Below are positions 1-13,099 of a DNA stretch of 64,000 nucleotides, in pieces. The DNA comes from Octopus vulgaris. Taxonomy: Eukaryota. Positions within the stretch are counted from its first letter, which is position 1; each line of letters opens with the position of its first letter. The DNA lies in contig OX597814.1 in assembly GCA_951406725.2 (NCBI GenBank), forward strand, positions 119,102,001 to 119,166,000, read 5' to 3'. The position numbers and the translations under genes were made by a program. The notes beneath the pieces were generated by a model, which saw nothing but the letters and a program-made list of their open reading frames with translations, ran no database searches and was not told the DNA's origin.

Positions 1-979
1 CTTTAAATATGCACATATTTACATGAACGAAAATCAGTACAATGTATGGGAAAAAAAGTCAAACCCACAATATATAAGAGACATTTTGTTCGTGTATGAG
101 TATTAATGCAGAAAACGGCAGACAAATATACTGTAAAACATATGTCAAAGGAAGGAAAAGGTAGACATAAGCAAAACAAAGAACTTATTTTATTTCTTGA
201 AATAAATTGACAATAACAAAAGCTTATCATTTCCCGCTAATCTCCAAAAAGTTTACCGTCAACAGAGTCACTCAATGATGCTAGATGCAAATAGGTTCGC
301 GGAGTCAATTATATGCTTGCAGCAACATTGAAATTTCCTAGTATATTGGCAGATTATTTTACATTTCGTCCTGTAAAATATTAGGAATTCTATACATGTC
401 AGAACTGCTTTCGACTGCGTCTAATCTTAGATTTACATCACATTTTTATTCTAAGCAAATTTCGGAAAGTGTCAATAATGGCTGGCTAGATAAGAAAATT
501 GATGTTTTCTATTACTATTACTCAGTAGAAAAGAAGAAACAAAACAAAAAGAGGAAAAAAAATTACGATTGGTATTCTTAAAAATTCCTTTTGATAACAT
601 TGAATATTCAGGAGCAGAACAGAAATAAAGCATTTGATATAGACAAAACGGGGAAATTTCCAAATAAATTTCCGCCAAAGATACATTTTCTTTCGTTAAC
701 AGTGATTTTCTATTCGCGTATTTTCTGGCCAAATTTGAAAATATGGCAAGCTGAAACAGTTTTTCAGAGCAAAATTACCAAATTTATTCCTATTTCTATG
801 AAACTATGCGGAATATATATTTATATATTACAAATAACGTATGGCGTTAGAGAAAAAGTAAAACCCATAGTGTAACAAAAATGTAGTTAATATACTTCTT
901 TTCAGTCTGTTGTATCAAATGATATATTTGCCATTAGCCGCAGAATATAGAGATTATAGATTTCTAGGGATTTTCAATA

Positions 980-1392
980 GGCGCAGGAGTGGCTATGTGG
1001 TAAGTAGCTTGCTTACCAACCACATGGTTCCGGGTTCAGTCACACTGCGTGGCATCTTGGGCAAGTGTCTTCTACTATAGCCTCGGGCCTACCAAAACCT
1101 TGTGAGTGGATTTGGTAGACGGAAACTGAAAGAAGCCCGTCGTACATATAAATATATATATATATGTGTGTGTGTGTGTAGGTTTGTGTGTCTGTGTTTG
1201 TCACCCCAGCATCGTTTGACAACTGATGCTGGTGTGTTTCCGTCCCCGTTACTTAGCGGTTCGGCAAAAACTGACAGATAGAATAAGTAGTAGGCTTACA
1301 AAGAAGAAGTCGTGGGGTCGATTTGCTCAACTAAAGGCGATGCTCCAGCATGGCCGCAGTCAAATGAATGAAACAAATAAAAGAATAAAAGA
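980..1392 (+). mobile_element. tRNA-derived SINE family 1, full-length copy with internal (TA/TG)n tract and LINE-like 3' tail
   Basis: A-box-like TGGCTATGTGG and B-box-like GGTTCAGTC in the head. The same ~400-bp body recurs more than 10 times in the window. The tail GGCGATGCTCCAGCATGGCCGCAG...GAAAC is followed by A-rich repeats. Confidence 0.9.
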
Positions 1393-1499
1393 GAAGTATA
1401 TATGTCTGCCTGTGTACACGTACACACACACACACACACACACAGACGAAGGTAAAGGCACAATGTTTCAAAGAGTAACCGACGCCAAGTGGTGAAGGA

Positions 1500-1860
1500 T
1501 AATATGTTTATGACAGCTGAATTCTTACATCTAGTAATTCGAATCCCCCGTTCGTCAGCGGAACATTAAAATTCAACTAACAAGACATGTTGACAGTTGT
1601 CATAAGTAACTCTCATCCCTTGACATAGAGAACTACTTAGAACTTTTCGTCCGTACCTACGTACACTATATGCGTTAACTAAACCTGGCAAGATAGGTGA
1701 GGAAAAATTTGACAGAGACTTCGTAGTTACGGCCTGCTGACCTTTCTCTGCCTTTCGAAAAAGGAGTAAACCGAAACTTTGAAGTCAATGTCATCCGTTT
1801 CCTTGTAAGATTATAAACTCTCCTAAGAGCAATGAATAATCTTCCTGCTTAACCTGAAAT
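1500..1860 (-). pseudogene. Highly decayed LINE reverse-transcriptase fragment
   Basis: The minus strand reads FTPFSKGRERSAGRNYEVS, resembling the PIFKxGxRxxxxNYRPIS motif. It is interrupted by stops and frameshifts. Confidence 0.35.
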
Positions 1861-2015
1861 TCCTTTACTATATAAATTCGAGCGCGCACACGAAGTACCT
1901 AGCTGCATGTATGTAACTGTGAATACAAGTATACATCGATATATACGCATTACTATATACATAAGTAGATACGATATATATACAGCGACGTGCTGGTATA
2001 ATCGTTACCGCACCG

Positions 2016-2156
2016 GATCTGAGTTCAAATGCTGCCGGCATCGTCTTTGCCTTTCATACTTTCAAGGTCCAAAAGACAATAAGTATGATTTGTGCACGGG
2101 AATCGATGTAATCGCTTTACTCTCTATGCGACCTTGCCGGTATTGTGTTTGAAACC
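2016..2156 (+). mobile_element. SINE family 2, partial degenerate copy
   Basis: TCTGAGTTCAAAT...TTTGCCTTTCAT...TCGATGTAATCG matches the copy at 11465-11693. Confidence 0.6.
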
Positions 2157-2260
2157 AACATATATAAAAATGCATGAAATCGTCTTTTAAGTCACCGTTT
2201 AAATCATCTTTTAAACACGCGCTCGCGCCCACAAACACACACACACACACACACGTATCA

Positions 2261-2783
2261 TTGTTAAAGAGGATAACAAACGTTGAGGCAAGGCAAACAT
2301 CTCACGTCATATACATTATTATTATTGGAAAAAATTTTTAAAGTCTTACAGCTGTTTTGGGGATAACCCAGATTATGTGATATTCAGTCATCGGAAACAA
2401 ATAGGGAAAATGAGAGAGGTATAGATTAATGAAATGTAGACATAGAGAAAAGGAATAAAGGAATAAAAAGATGAAGAAAGTGAAGAAAAATAAGCATAAA
2501 GACTTATGGACTTATTTCTACAAGATCGGAAGTTTGAACTGTGAACTTTTATGCTTCTATTTTCTTCTCTTTCTTCATCTTATTCTTTTACTCCTGTTCT
2601 CTATGGCGTCATTTCATTAATCTATACTCTTCTCATTTTCCCTATGTGTCTCCGATGACAGAATATCCCATACTCTGGGATATCCCAGAAACAGCTGTGA
2701 GACTTTGAATTTATTCCAGTAATAATAATGTATATGACTTGAAATGTTTGCCTTGCCTTAACGTTTATTGTCCTCTTTAATAA
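2261..2783. repeat. Long fold-back palindrome (~250-bp arms) with a hammerhead-like motif in each arm; probably Penelope-derived
   Basis: The left arm (TTAAAGAGGATAACAAACGTTGAGGCAAGGCAAACAT...) is the reverse complement of the right arm (...ATGTTTGCCTTGCCTTAACGTTTATTGTCCTCTTTAA), with a short spacer. Confidence 0.9.
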
Positions 2784-2925
2784 ATATATATCTGCTATAT
2801 CGGAGATCTGCAATGGCTCCATAACTACCGTCTCGGCTATAACCTTGGAACCCTAGTAATCCGTTACAGCACTTACCTAGCTTACCTAATCGTTTAGATC
2901 ACCTGTGAACCAAACACCCATAATT

Positions 2926-3008
<83 letters not shown>

Positions 3009-5761
3009 TATACAATAAGATACTATAAATGAATTCACCTCAACAGATCTGTTTTATATGCTTGCCACTGATAAAAGTTGTTACGATTTTATCCTTTATT
3101 ATTATTATTACACACACACACACACATATGTATATATATTCACCTATACACACGCACACAAACACACACACACATGTATATTCACCCAATACAAATACTT
3201 GTAACTCAAACAGAAAACGACAATAACACTAGAGTACAGACAATGGAATGACATCACTGTTACTAAAACAGAATGCGGAACCATTGACCTGACACAAGTT
3301 TCTAAAACTCTCGAAGTCAAGCGACAGTTACAATATAATGAATTTGATAGACAGGAAATGTGTGCAACAAACCGATGGAAAAAATCAACCCTTCTTTTGC
3401 CTTTAAAAAAATGAATGGCAAAATACACAGGAAATATATCGAAGCAACGAAGCAAAATATTCAAAATAATATGCGATTGAATTCGATAAAAACAAATTTT
3501 AGAAATATATATACTTCTACTATAAACAAATTATATATATATATATACACACACAAACACATGTATATACACACACACATATACACACACATGCACACAC
3601 ACACATATATATCTATATATACATATATGGAGAGAGAGAGGGATACATTCGAAAGCAAATGAAAAGAGAACACTCGAAATGAATAATACTAGGAATAACG
3701 GTAAACACTCTAAACCAACCAATGAAATAAGTAGCCATAGCTGATAGAATCGTAAAAAAAATCAAATTAACAAAGGTACAACAGACACATGCTGAAGCAA
3801 AGGAAACGTGAATAAAAATGAAGCCATCACTGAAACACAAAGGAACAGTTAATAGCTGTTGGTTCTCACTTGATCATGGTTGTTAGATTAAAACTGCATT
3901 TATATATATAGTAATGCTTGGTCTGTTATCCACAGACCTAATAGTAATTCCTTCTTTTCTATTAATAAAAGGGAAAGAGTATTAGGATTCGTGACTCACG
4001 AGCCTGCGTATGGAATTCTCGCTTTGGCTCTTTGGGGGTTGCTGTGTCTGCTGAAGCCAACAAAAAAGTGATTATTTGTGTAAAGGTATAATAGTGAGTC
4101 CTGGTACTGTTTATTGTCGAGTGCATTTTTCTACCGTAGTAAGCTTCAATTTTTGCTCTTGTCCTCTTTTACCCTAGTAAATCTTTTACGTCAGCAGTGA
4201 GAGCAATCATGTGAAATATCCTTCTATGTATCGACATACATGTTCAGTGATTTGTAACACATTTTTAGGTAATTTGAGCTCTTGCTGTAGGCCAGCTCCC
4301 TAAGTGGTAGACATTTGAGATTTTACGCGGCCAATTTATGCAGTAATATAGAGGAGAGCTTTGTCTCAATAGGTACACCTGATGTGCTGAAAGTATTTCG
4401 AGTTGTAACGTTCGAAGCATGTGAGGCGCTGGTGTTGTTTAGAGTAGGAACTTCGAGAGAGAGAGAGAGAAAGAGAGATTCTTCATGATTGTGGAGCCAA
4501 CGTATGTGAACACGTGGACTACATCTAGTTTTTGAGAGGAAAATGCCGTAGAGTGTTCAAAATCTTTCTCAAATAGTTTGCTATACCGATGAACATACTA
4601 AAATAATGATAGGTGTGAGACAAATTGTTCACGAAGCATCACAGTTGTTCTTTCGTGTGTCGTAGCAAAGCTTTGTTGTTAATGATACTTCATAGGCAAA
4701 CAGCCATGCACTGCAGAATTCTTGTCGGTTGTTCAGTCAGATATTTCAGCCATCAATATGTTTGCCTGTTTCTTTGTTGTTCTACTTCGTAAAGGTTTAC
4801 AGAGATGCTGTTTTAATTTTGGTTGGTTCTCAGAACTCTTTGCACACATCAAAAATGGTATCATTTTCAGAGAATGCCAAAATGGCTTCACATAGTTGAC
4901 GTCAGGACTCATTTGCAGTGTCTGCAGTTTTGTGGTTTATCCTGCTTGTCTTAGCTATGGGTTATTCTTCTTGCTATGTCCTTAGTCCTTTCAAAATTTT
5001 CGGAGTGGCGTGGCATTTGTATTCTATTAGTGTACAGTGTGTAAAAACACACACACACACATACAAATATACATACATGCATACATATATTGATATTTAC
5101 ATAGAGAAATTCTAAAACAAAGACACGCACACGTGGAACCAAATATGACGTGACCAACAGTATCAACAAAAATCCAAGAATAGTTGCAATGTGAACAGTA
5201 CTGTCTTTACAATTTGCATAAACTACATCATACACATCATCAACTATTTCTAATAGAAAATATCAGCAGATGATTACAGTCTCTTTTCAGCAGATAAAAT
5301 TTTATGAGATTTGAGGAAACGCTGATATCTGCTAAAATCAGTGACTTGTTTGAAAAGGCACCTCTATTATAGCTATTTTAAGTCATTCTCAGAATATCCT
5401 TTTCAAAGCAGTCGTGAAAGCGTCATTTTCTGTTCAATTAGTAAAACATGTAGACAGTATTTGTCAATCCCACTGTGATGTTTGTTTAAAAAGAAAAAAA
5501 AACAAGAGGAAACAAAAAAGAACTACTACACTTGATACGCCACACATTATGGCCCTACAAAAATGTAGCTCATTGCATATTACTATGCTACGGTATAAGC
5601 ATTGTGCATGAAATTATCGCTATTAGTCAAAACTATAACGAAGTTAATCAATAGAGAAAAAGACCTTTAACTCTCAAACAACTCACGGAGAAATTTCTAC
5701 CAGAGATCAATAAAAGCCCTATATATACATATATATATGTGTGCGTGTGTGTGTGTATATA

Positions 5762-5893
5762 TATAAAAGACAAAAAAAGAGTAAAAAACTACAGAAGGCT
5801 TGTGTTATATGGTTAAAGAATATATTTATATATATTCTTTAACCTTATAACACAAGCCTTCTGTAGTTTTTTCACCCTTTTTTGTCTTTTATA
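5762..5893. repeat. Near-perfect palindrome (~62-bp arms, almost no spacer)
   Basis: AAAAACTACAGAAGGCTTGTGTTATATGGTTAAAGAATATAT pairs with ATATATTCTTTAACCTTATAACACAAGCCTTCTGTAGTTTTT. Confidence 0.9.
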
Positions 5894-6702
5894 CATCCAA
5901 CCACGTGCTTTCACATACCAACTCTATATGTGTGTGTGTGTGTGTTTATTCACTGAATGCGATACTTAATACAAATGTAAAGTATTCTTTAGTACATTAT
6001 AGCTGAAAGGGTCCGATTTCCAGTACTCAGCGTTACTCGTTTTTGATCATCAGCTGTAATACACACACACGCACACACACACGGGCGCTCGTGTGCTTTC
6101 TTTGCTATATAGGAAAGAAGTTGATTTATTCATCTATCATTCAACAGAATTTTAGATAACTGAACTGAATGAAGCAATGTTCATTATTAATGTTAATACA
6201 AAACAGAATAAGTGTATTAATCGAAAGTTGAACGCTTGATTTAAAGAAAAAACTTTAAAGACCCATTTATCCATTTTATTATGAAAACATAAAAGTGTTA
6301 GAAAAGATCAACTGCGATTTTGCGTATTTTCCATTGGATGACATGAATATAGTGGATATAAAAACCTAAAGATGGTTGTGAGAAGAAATGACTTTCAAAA
6401 TCTCCTCTGAATAAATTATTTAGCCACATAATGAATTAAATCTTTCGAAGATCCCCGAGCTTATGTTTCGAAATTGGTAACAGTTTTTATATTAGATTTA
6501 TGGAAATAAATACATTTATGGCTAATATCTAAAACACCCTGTATGTTTATATCTCTTCAGAATGGCACTTGGTATACATACAAACATACATACATATTTG
6601 TATGTCGCGCTTAACGATCGTTTTAGCCGATTATGAACGTATATTCAAGCTTGTTCTAGCTAGATTCATTGTAATGTTGTAACGCGTTAGTTTTTAGCGG
6701 TC

Positions 6703-6752
<50 letters not shown>

Positions 6753-6790
6753 GAATAACAAAAAGAAAGCTATTATATATTTGAAAATAT

Positions 6791-7190
6791 GAGTAGAGAT
6801 GGATTTTGGGGGTGATGGTTTTTATTTTAATAATAATGTTTCAAGCGAGTTACTCTGATATGAGTTTCAAGCTTGAAATAGCTGTTTTCAAACTGAAAAT
6901 GTATGTTTTACTGCTTAAATAGCAAATCATTCTAAATAGCAAATATATATATATATATATATATATATAAAGATACAACAGCATGTGTTCTGGCTTCTTA
7001 TATACACATGCTTTGGTATATTTTTATATAAATTTTGAGGTATTTAAAATTTTTTGGTATTTAAGCAACCAGTAAAACATATTTTTCAGTTTGAAAACGG
7101 CTATATGATGCTTGAAACTCATACAAATGTAACTCACTGTAAATATTATTACTAAAATAAAAATTATCCTGCAAAAAGGCCATCTCTACT
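6791..7190. repeat. Diverged fold-back element (~135-bp arms around a TA-rich spacer)
   Basis: GAGTAGAGATGG...TATGAGTTTCAAGC...GTTTTCAAACTGAAAA at 6791-6925 has its reverse complement at ~7050-7190 (...CCATCTCTACTC). Confidence 0.8.
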
Positions 7191-7332
7191 CATCCACTTC
7201 AACTAAATTGAGGATCAGATACTGCAAAAGTCTAGGGTTCAAAGGCCCACAGCTCTTCAATGAACTGTCACAAAATTTAAGAAATAGGCATAAGGTGGAA
7301 GTAGGTGTCTTCAAAAAGTAACTAGAAACCCT
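7191..7332 (+). pseudogene. Fragment of CR1-group LINE ORF2 C-terminus
   Basis: It translates to LRIRYCKSLGFKGPQLFNELSQNLRNRHKVEVGVFKK*, which matches RTRFCDSLGFRGPQLFNILPKNLRDLHGVDTDVFKMK of the LINE at 32 kb. Confidence 0.8.
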
Positions 7333-7488
7333 CCAGCATCGGTTGTCAAGCGATGTTGGGGGAACAAACACAGACACATAAACATATACACACGCATACA
7401 TACATACATACATACATACATACATACATACATACATACATACATACATACATACATACATACATACATACATACATACATACATACA

Positions 7489-7520
<32 letters not shown>

Positions 7521-7708
7521 GACATAGATATATAGACATAGATATATACGACGGGCTTCTTTCAGGTTCCGTCTACCAGATACACTTACAAGGTTTTGGT
7601 CGGCCCGGGGCTATAGTAGAAGACACTTACCAAGGTGCCACGCAGTGAGACTGAACTCGGAACCATGCGGTTCTAAGCATGCTACTTACCACACACCCAC
7701 TCCTACGC

Positions 7709-7710
<2 letters not shown>
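7333..7710 (-). mobile_element. SINE family 1, 3'-truncated, with internal (TACA)n expansion
   Basis: Reverse complement of the 5' two-thirds of the 980-1392 copy. Confidence 0.85.
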
Positions 7711-7747
<37 letters not shown>

Positions 7748-7817
7748 CATACATATAGATATATATACATATACACATATATGTATGTCTATATATATAT
7801 GTATATATATATATGTA

Positions 7818-7874
<57 letters not shown>

Positions 7875-8657
7875 GTATGTATGTATGATGAAGATGATGA
7901 ATACGAATTTTCCCCAGAAATTGTGTTTTGATATATTTAGTGTATTCACCCCACCCAGCACTTATTTTCGACATTAGCCTGCGATTTCAGAAATATTTTT
8001 GCTGTTTCTCTAGTAAATGAAACGATTAGTTATAGGCTTTCTCTTCACATGTTTCATGATTTATCAATTATAGATTCCATCACTAATTAGTTAGAAAACG
8101 AAGTTAATAAACCAATTCTCACAAGTAACATGTGCAAGATAGGTGAAGGGTTACTGGATATGATGGACTTTGATCAGGACACATATTTGCTGTGAGATGA
8201 GTTCGTATGCATGTGGGAGTCAATGCCCTTTATATTCATTCCGTCTAAAAGTAGTTAATGAGTCTTAGAGATTCTGTGAAAAACATTTTGTTTCATCTGA
8301 ACATAATGGTTGATTTACAATTTTCTTTTTCTGTTATTGAGGTTTTTTTTTCGTGTGTTTTTATAGATAATGTTGCATCATTCGAGATAAAAATGCTCTT
8401 GACAGTACAGAGGTGCATGCATAAATATACTTACTCTTCTGAGACCTTCATCCACCCGCAATTCATAGACATCCAGTTTGTAATCTCTTCGTCGTCCTTG
8501 TTCGTCGAAAGCCACTCTTCCAGACAAACCTCTGATATCGACCTAAAATATATTTGAAATTTCGATAATACTGTGTGAGGCAAAAACTACATTTCAGTAT
8601 AAAATTTGTAACATTAGAAGAAATAGCACTTAACAGAATTAAAATATTCGGCAAAAT

Positions 8658-9080
8658 GGTTACTCTCTTTTACTCTCTTTACTCTTTTACATGTTTCAAT
8701 CATTTGACAGTGACCATGCTAGAGCACTGCCTTTAGTCGAGCAAATAGACCCCCAGGACGTATTCTTTGTAAGCCAAGTACTTATTCTATCGGTCTCCTT
8801 TGCCGAACCTCTAAGTTACGGGGACGTAAACACACCAGCATCGGTTCTCAAGCGATGTTGGGAGACAAACATAGACACAGAAACATACATACACATACTC
8901 TTATATATATATATACACGACGGGCTTCTTTCAGTTTCCGTCTACCAAATCCACTCACGAGGCTTTGGTCGGCGCGAGGCTATAGTACAAGACACTTGCC
9001 CAACGTATCACGCAGTGGGACTGAGCCCGGAACCGTGTAGTTCGTAAGGAAGCAACTTACCACACAGCCACTCCTGCGCC
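8658..9080 (-). mobile_element. SINE family 1, full-length
   Basis: Reverse complement of the family 1 head, body and tail, ending in a (TTTACTCT)n-type repeat. Confidence 0.9.
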
Positions 9081-9082
9081 TT

Positions 9083-9393
9083 ATGGTTAGGTTATTCAGC
9101 TCACAAACATAAGGTCGAAAGTTCGATACCTGGTGCCGCAATCGTTTCCTTGATCTAGACACTTCATTTCACGTTGCTCTACTCCACTCTGCTGGGAAAA
9201 TATGTGTAGTAGCTATATATATCAAAGGGAAAGCCCTGTTATATTCTTTGTCACACTGAATGTCCCTCAGAATTATATTACGTGTATATGTGTCTGTAGA
9301 GTGCCCAGCCACTTGCACATTAACTTCATGAGGAGGCTTTTACGGTGTCGGATTCAATTCAACACTCATCGTCGTAAACGACGGTGTGTCAGT
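9083..9393 (+). mobile_element. SINE family 4 (tRNA-like head, TTTCACGTTGCT...CCACTCAGCTG core)
   Basis: It shares its head and core with the copies at 14960, 49775 and 56975. Confidence 0.7.
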
Positions 9394-9909
9394 AGTATTC
9401 ACATATCTAAATACTCATGGATATAGATTCAAGTAAACATTTGCACGAGAAAGACAACAAAATGAAGGCGAGGAAACAGAAAAAAAATGAAGGAAAATAA
9501 TGTAGATATAACAACAGGTTAGATGCATGAAGACTTTGATTCTTTTCTTCATCAGCTAACATAACCACGTAACCTAATGATTAATATTTGAATGAGACAA
9601 TATTTCAGTCTTTGTCTGTCTGTATGTATGTATGTATGTATGTATGTCTGTATGTATGTCTGTCTGTATGTATGTCTGTCTTCTGTCTGTCTGTATGTCT
9701 CACTCTCTCTCTCTACTTCGTGGTTATTCCTTTCAACTTTGTTTCCTCTTCTCGAAGAGGGAAAGAAAGCGAAAGAAAAAGAGAGGAAGATAGAGAACAG
9801 TATGTCATTCAGAGATAGAAAAAGAATATCACAGAAGATGCATAAAACTTTTCATAGACACATATATACATTATATATCTGAGTGTATGTATGGATGCAT
9901 GTATGTATG

Positions 9910-9943
<34 letters not shown>

Positions 9944-10431
9944 TGTATGTATGTATGTATGTATGTATGTATGTATGTATGTGTGTATGTATGCATGCAT
10001 CTATGTGTAGTAGCAGGATGTGCCTAGGGTCAGACATTCTATTCTGCCATTACAGACAAGCTGGTAATTATAGATTTAGTTTCTATGTTGATACATAGCA
10101 ATACGTAACGGTTAGATTTTTTAATATATTACATAATACGGTTACATAACATTTCACTATAAGTAGCACTGTTTGCTTCTTACAATTTTTTAGCGTTCTC
10201 ATTAGGAACAAGCATAGTAGACATATTTAAGACTATAGTTGCGCTGTTTCAAACTTACATTCATCACCATATCGAAGAGGTACACTAAAATGATGGACAA
10301 AAAAAGGCATCATAATTTCTTTTTATAAAATTTAGACGTGTATATTTTCCCGGTTATGTTTTGTGGCCATCCCTAATGATGCAGTTATTTTTCCATCGAT
10401 TACCACAAACACACACACATACAAACATACA

Positions 10432-10640
10432 TACACGAGGGGTGCTGAAGTTCCTGGTTTCGGGTACAAGAACATACAGGAGGATCAGTTAATTACGATT
10501 TTATTCAACATATTTCCCTCACAAATCCACACGTGTATTGCAGCAGTCCTTCCTTGTAAAAGAACTCGGAAGTTTAGGTTTCGAACCAGACGTTTTGCGG
10601 TACCGTTAAAGCTAGACCGGTTTCACTTTTGAAAAAAAAA
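10432..10640. mobile_element. Mariner-like transposon terminal fragment
   Basis: It begins TA-CACGAGGGGTGCTGAAGTTCC, resembling mariner TIR starts. No partner TIR was seen. Confidence 0.4.
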
Positions 10641-10678
10641 AATGATTTTCAAAAGTATAGACCAACGAAAGAAGCAAG

Positions 10679-10779
<101 letters not shown>

Positions 10780-11464
10780 CAGACAGAGATAGACAGACAG
10801 GGTGAGATAAATACCCCTATGAGTAAACTTTTGAAACTATAGTTTGTAACATATATCACACGTGGGGGCATATGATTATCCTTGCAGTCTGGACAAAGTA
10901 ACTTATTGACTTATTTCTATAAGTGACTAATTCTATAACTTGATTAACAGGTCAACACGCTGTTGTGTGTAGTTCCCTTCCACCGGTGTATCGCATGCAT
11001 TTTGTACACATCGTCTAAAAGAAGGATGTGTTTTTCGATGCTGAAAACAAAAGCAATCAGATATTCACGTTCAAATCTGACAAAATGTATTACAATTGAA
11101 AATATATATTATGGTTTGAAGGTTCACCGTTCTGTGCTCGCCTCATGTAATAATTCAGTAACATTTATAGCAATTTAACTTTTAATTTACGATGTGATAG
11201 TAAACTTTAGTGTTCAATTCAAAACTTGTTACAGACAAATTCATTTAGTTAATAAAATCGATCAAGTAAATAATCTCTAAAAGTTGCACGAAACCCATCG
11301 ACGTGCGCGCGTGTGAAAGTGGAAAGCTGAGCAGGATGTTATTGTTTCGATTACAAGACCGGCCGGCGCAATTTATCCTTTTGCTTCGCAGGTTATTTCA
11401 TGTCGCTTCAACCTTAACAGTTACTGAAAACCTGCTCGGTGAAAGAGAAGTCGTCTCGCGCCTC

Positions 11465-11693
11465 GAGCTGGCAGAAACGTTAGCAGGCCGGGCGAAATGC
11501 TTAGCTGTATTTCGTCTGGCGTTACGTTCTGAGTTCAAATTCCGCCGAGGTCGACTATGCCTTTCATCCTTTCGGGGGTCGATAAATTAAGTACCAGTTA
11601 CGCACTGGGGTCGATGTAATCGACTGAATCCCTTTGTCTGTGCTTGTTTGTCCCCTCAATGTCAAGCCCCTTGTAGGCAATAAAGAAATAAGT
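11465..11693 (+). mobile_element. SINE family 2, near full-length
   Basis: GAGCTGGCAGAAACGTTAGCA...TCTGAGTTCAAATTCC...GCCTTTCATCCTTTCGGGGGTCGATAAATTAAGTACC. It recurs at 29545, 52170, 22105 and 58945-59283. Confidence 0.85.
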
Positions 11694-11993
11694 TATTATA
11701 TCCAGGCTACGCCGCTGCATCAAATGTAGGAGTGTCGTGAATGCGTTTACATCTGCTCACGAAAACTTAACCATCTCACGCAATTAGCGAAATCATAGTA
11801 CATAGTATCAAGTCATACACATTTTCAAAGGAAGTCTATAGTATTTGTTTCTACGCACACACAAACACACACATGTAGTAAGTAAATGGAGTTAAATCCA
11901 TGCCGTGTCTTTACGAAACCCAACTACATATTCCAGTGCTCAGAATATACTTGTAGATATCACAGTTAATATGAGAGTCGAAATTGCTGGAGG

Positions 11994-12215
11994 TACTCTC
12001 TTTTACTTGTTTCAGTCATTTGACTGCGGCCATGCTGGAGCACCGACTTTAGTTGAACAAATCCACCCCAGGGTTTATTCTTTGGAAGCGTAGTACTTAT
12101 TCTGTCAGTCTCCTTTTGCCGAACCGCTAAGTTACGGGGACGTAAACACACCAGCACCGGTTGTCAAGCGATGTTGGAGAGACAAGCACAGACAAACAAA
12201 CATACAGACACACAC

Positions 12216-12258
<43 letters not shown>

Positions 12259-12430
12259 TACACATATATAACGATGGGCTTCTTTCAGTTTCTGTCTACC
12301 AAATCCACTCACAAGGGTTTGGTCTGACCGAGGCTATAGTAGAAGACACTTGCCCAAGGTGCCACGCAGTGGGACTGAACCCGGAACCATGTGGTTGGTA
12401 AGCAAGCTACTTACCACACAGCCACTCCTG
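11994..12430 (-). mobile_element. SINE family 1, full-length
   Basis: Reverse complement of the family 1 consensus, including the CTGCGGCCATGCTGGAGCACCG tail. Confidence 0.9.
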
Positions 12431-13099
12431 TCAAATATTAGAAAATGCTGTTTGCTGAGAAGTTGCATATCAAAACAGAAAACTGGAAAAAAGTGCTTTT
12501 TGGTATCCTTTATTCTCCACTACATATGTTTCATAACTAATACGAGTTACGTAGTTATACATGTAGAAAGTCATGTAAAACATCTACTAGTAATTATTCA
12601 GACCGAAAATTATAATACGGGTTATTTAAAAGCATTATTTGAATTGTCGAATAGGGAAATGTTTCACATGTTTTCCTACATGTAAACCTATGTTACTCGT
12701 ATTAGTAATGGGGATCAGATAATGCTGAAATGCATTTTGATATATTGTAATGTCAGAATTTATTTGGCATAGCACAAACGAATATACAATTCTACGCAAA
12801 ATGGAATTCTACACATGCACAAAAACACACATGCATACACACACACACACACACGCGTGTGTGCGTATGTGTGTGTAGCGGTTGACGCTTTCGCCACCAC
12901 TGAGGACATTTTCCAATCCATAATTTAAAATCTGAAAGTAAAAAACACTGCGTTAATGTATTCTTACATCAATCTCCGTATATCCCTACTTTTTATGAGA
13001 ATTTCTTTTCTCATATCAATCTCTGCAAACTTTGTATTTTGATCACTGGTCGAATTAGACCCGAGAGACGGTGTCTGACGATACAATCGATCCATATTA

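Noticed and set aside
3900-5400. Moderately complex sequence suspected to be an old transposon ORF
   Set aside because: No diagnostic motif could be read in any frame.
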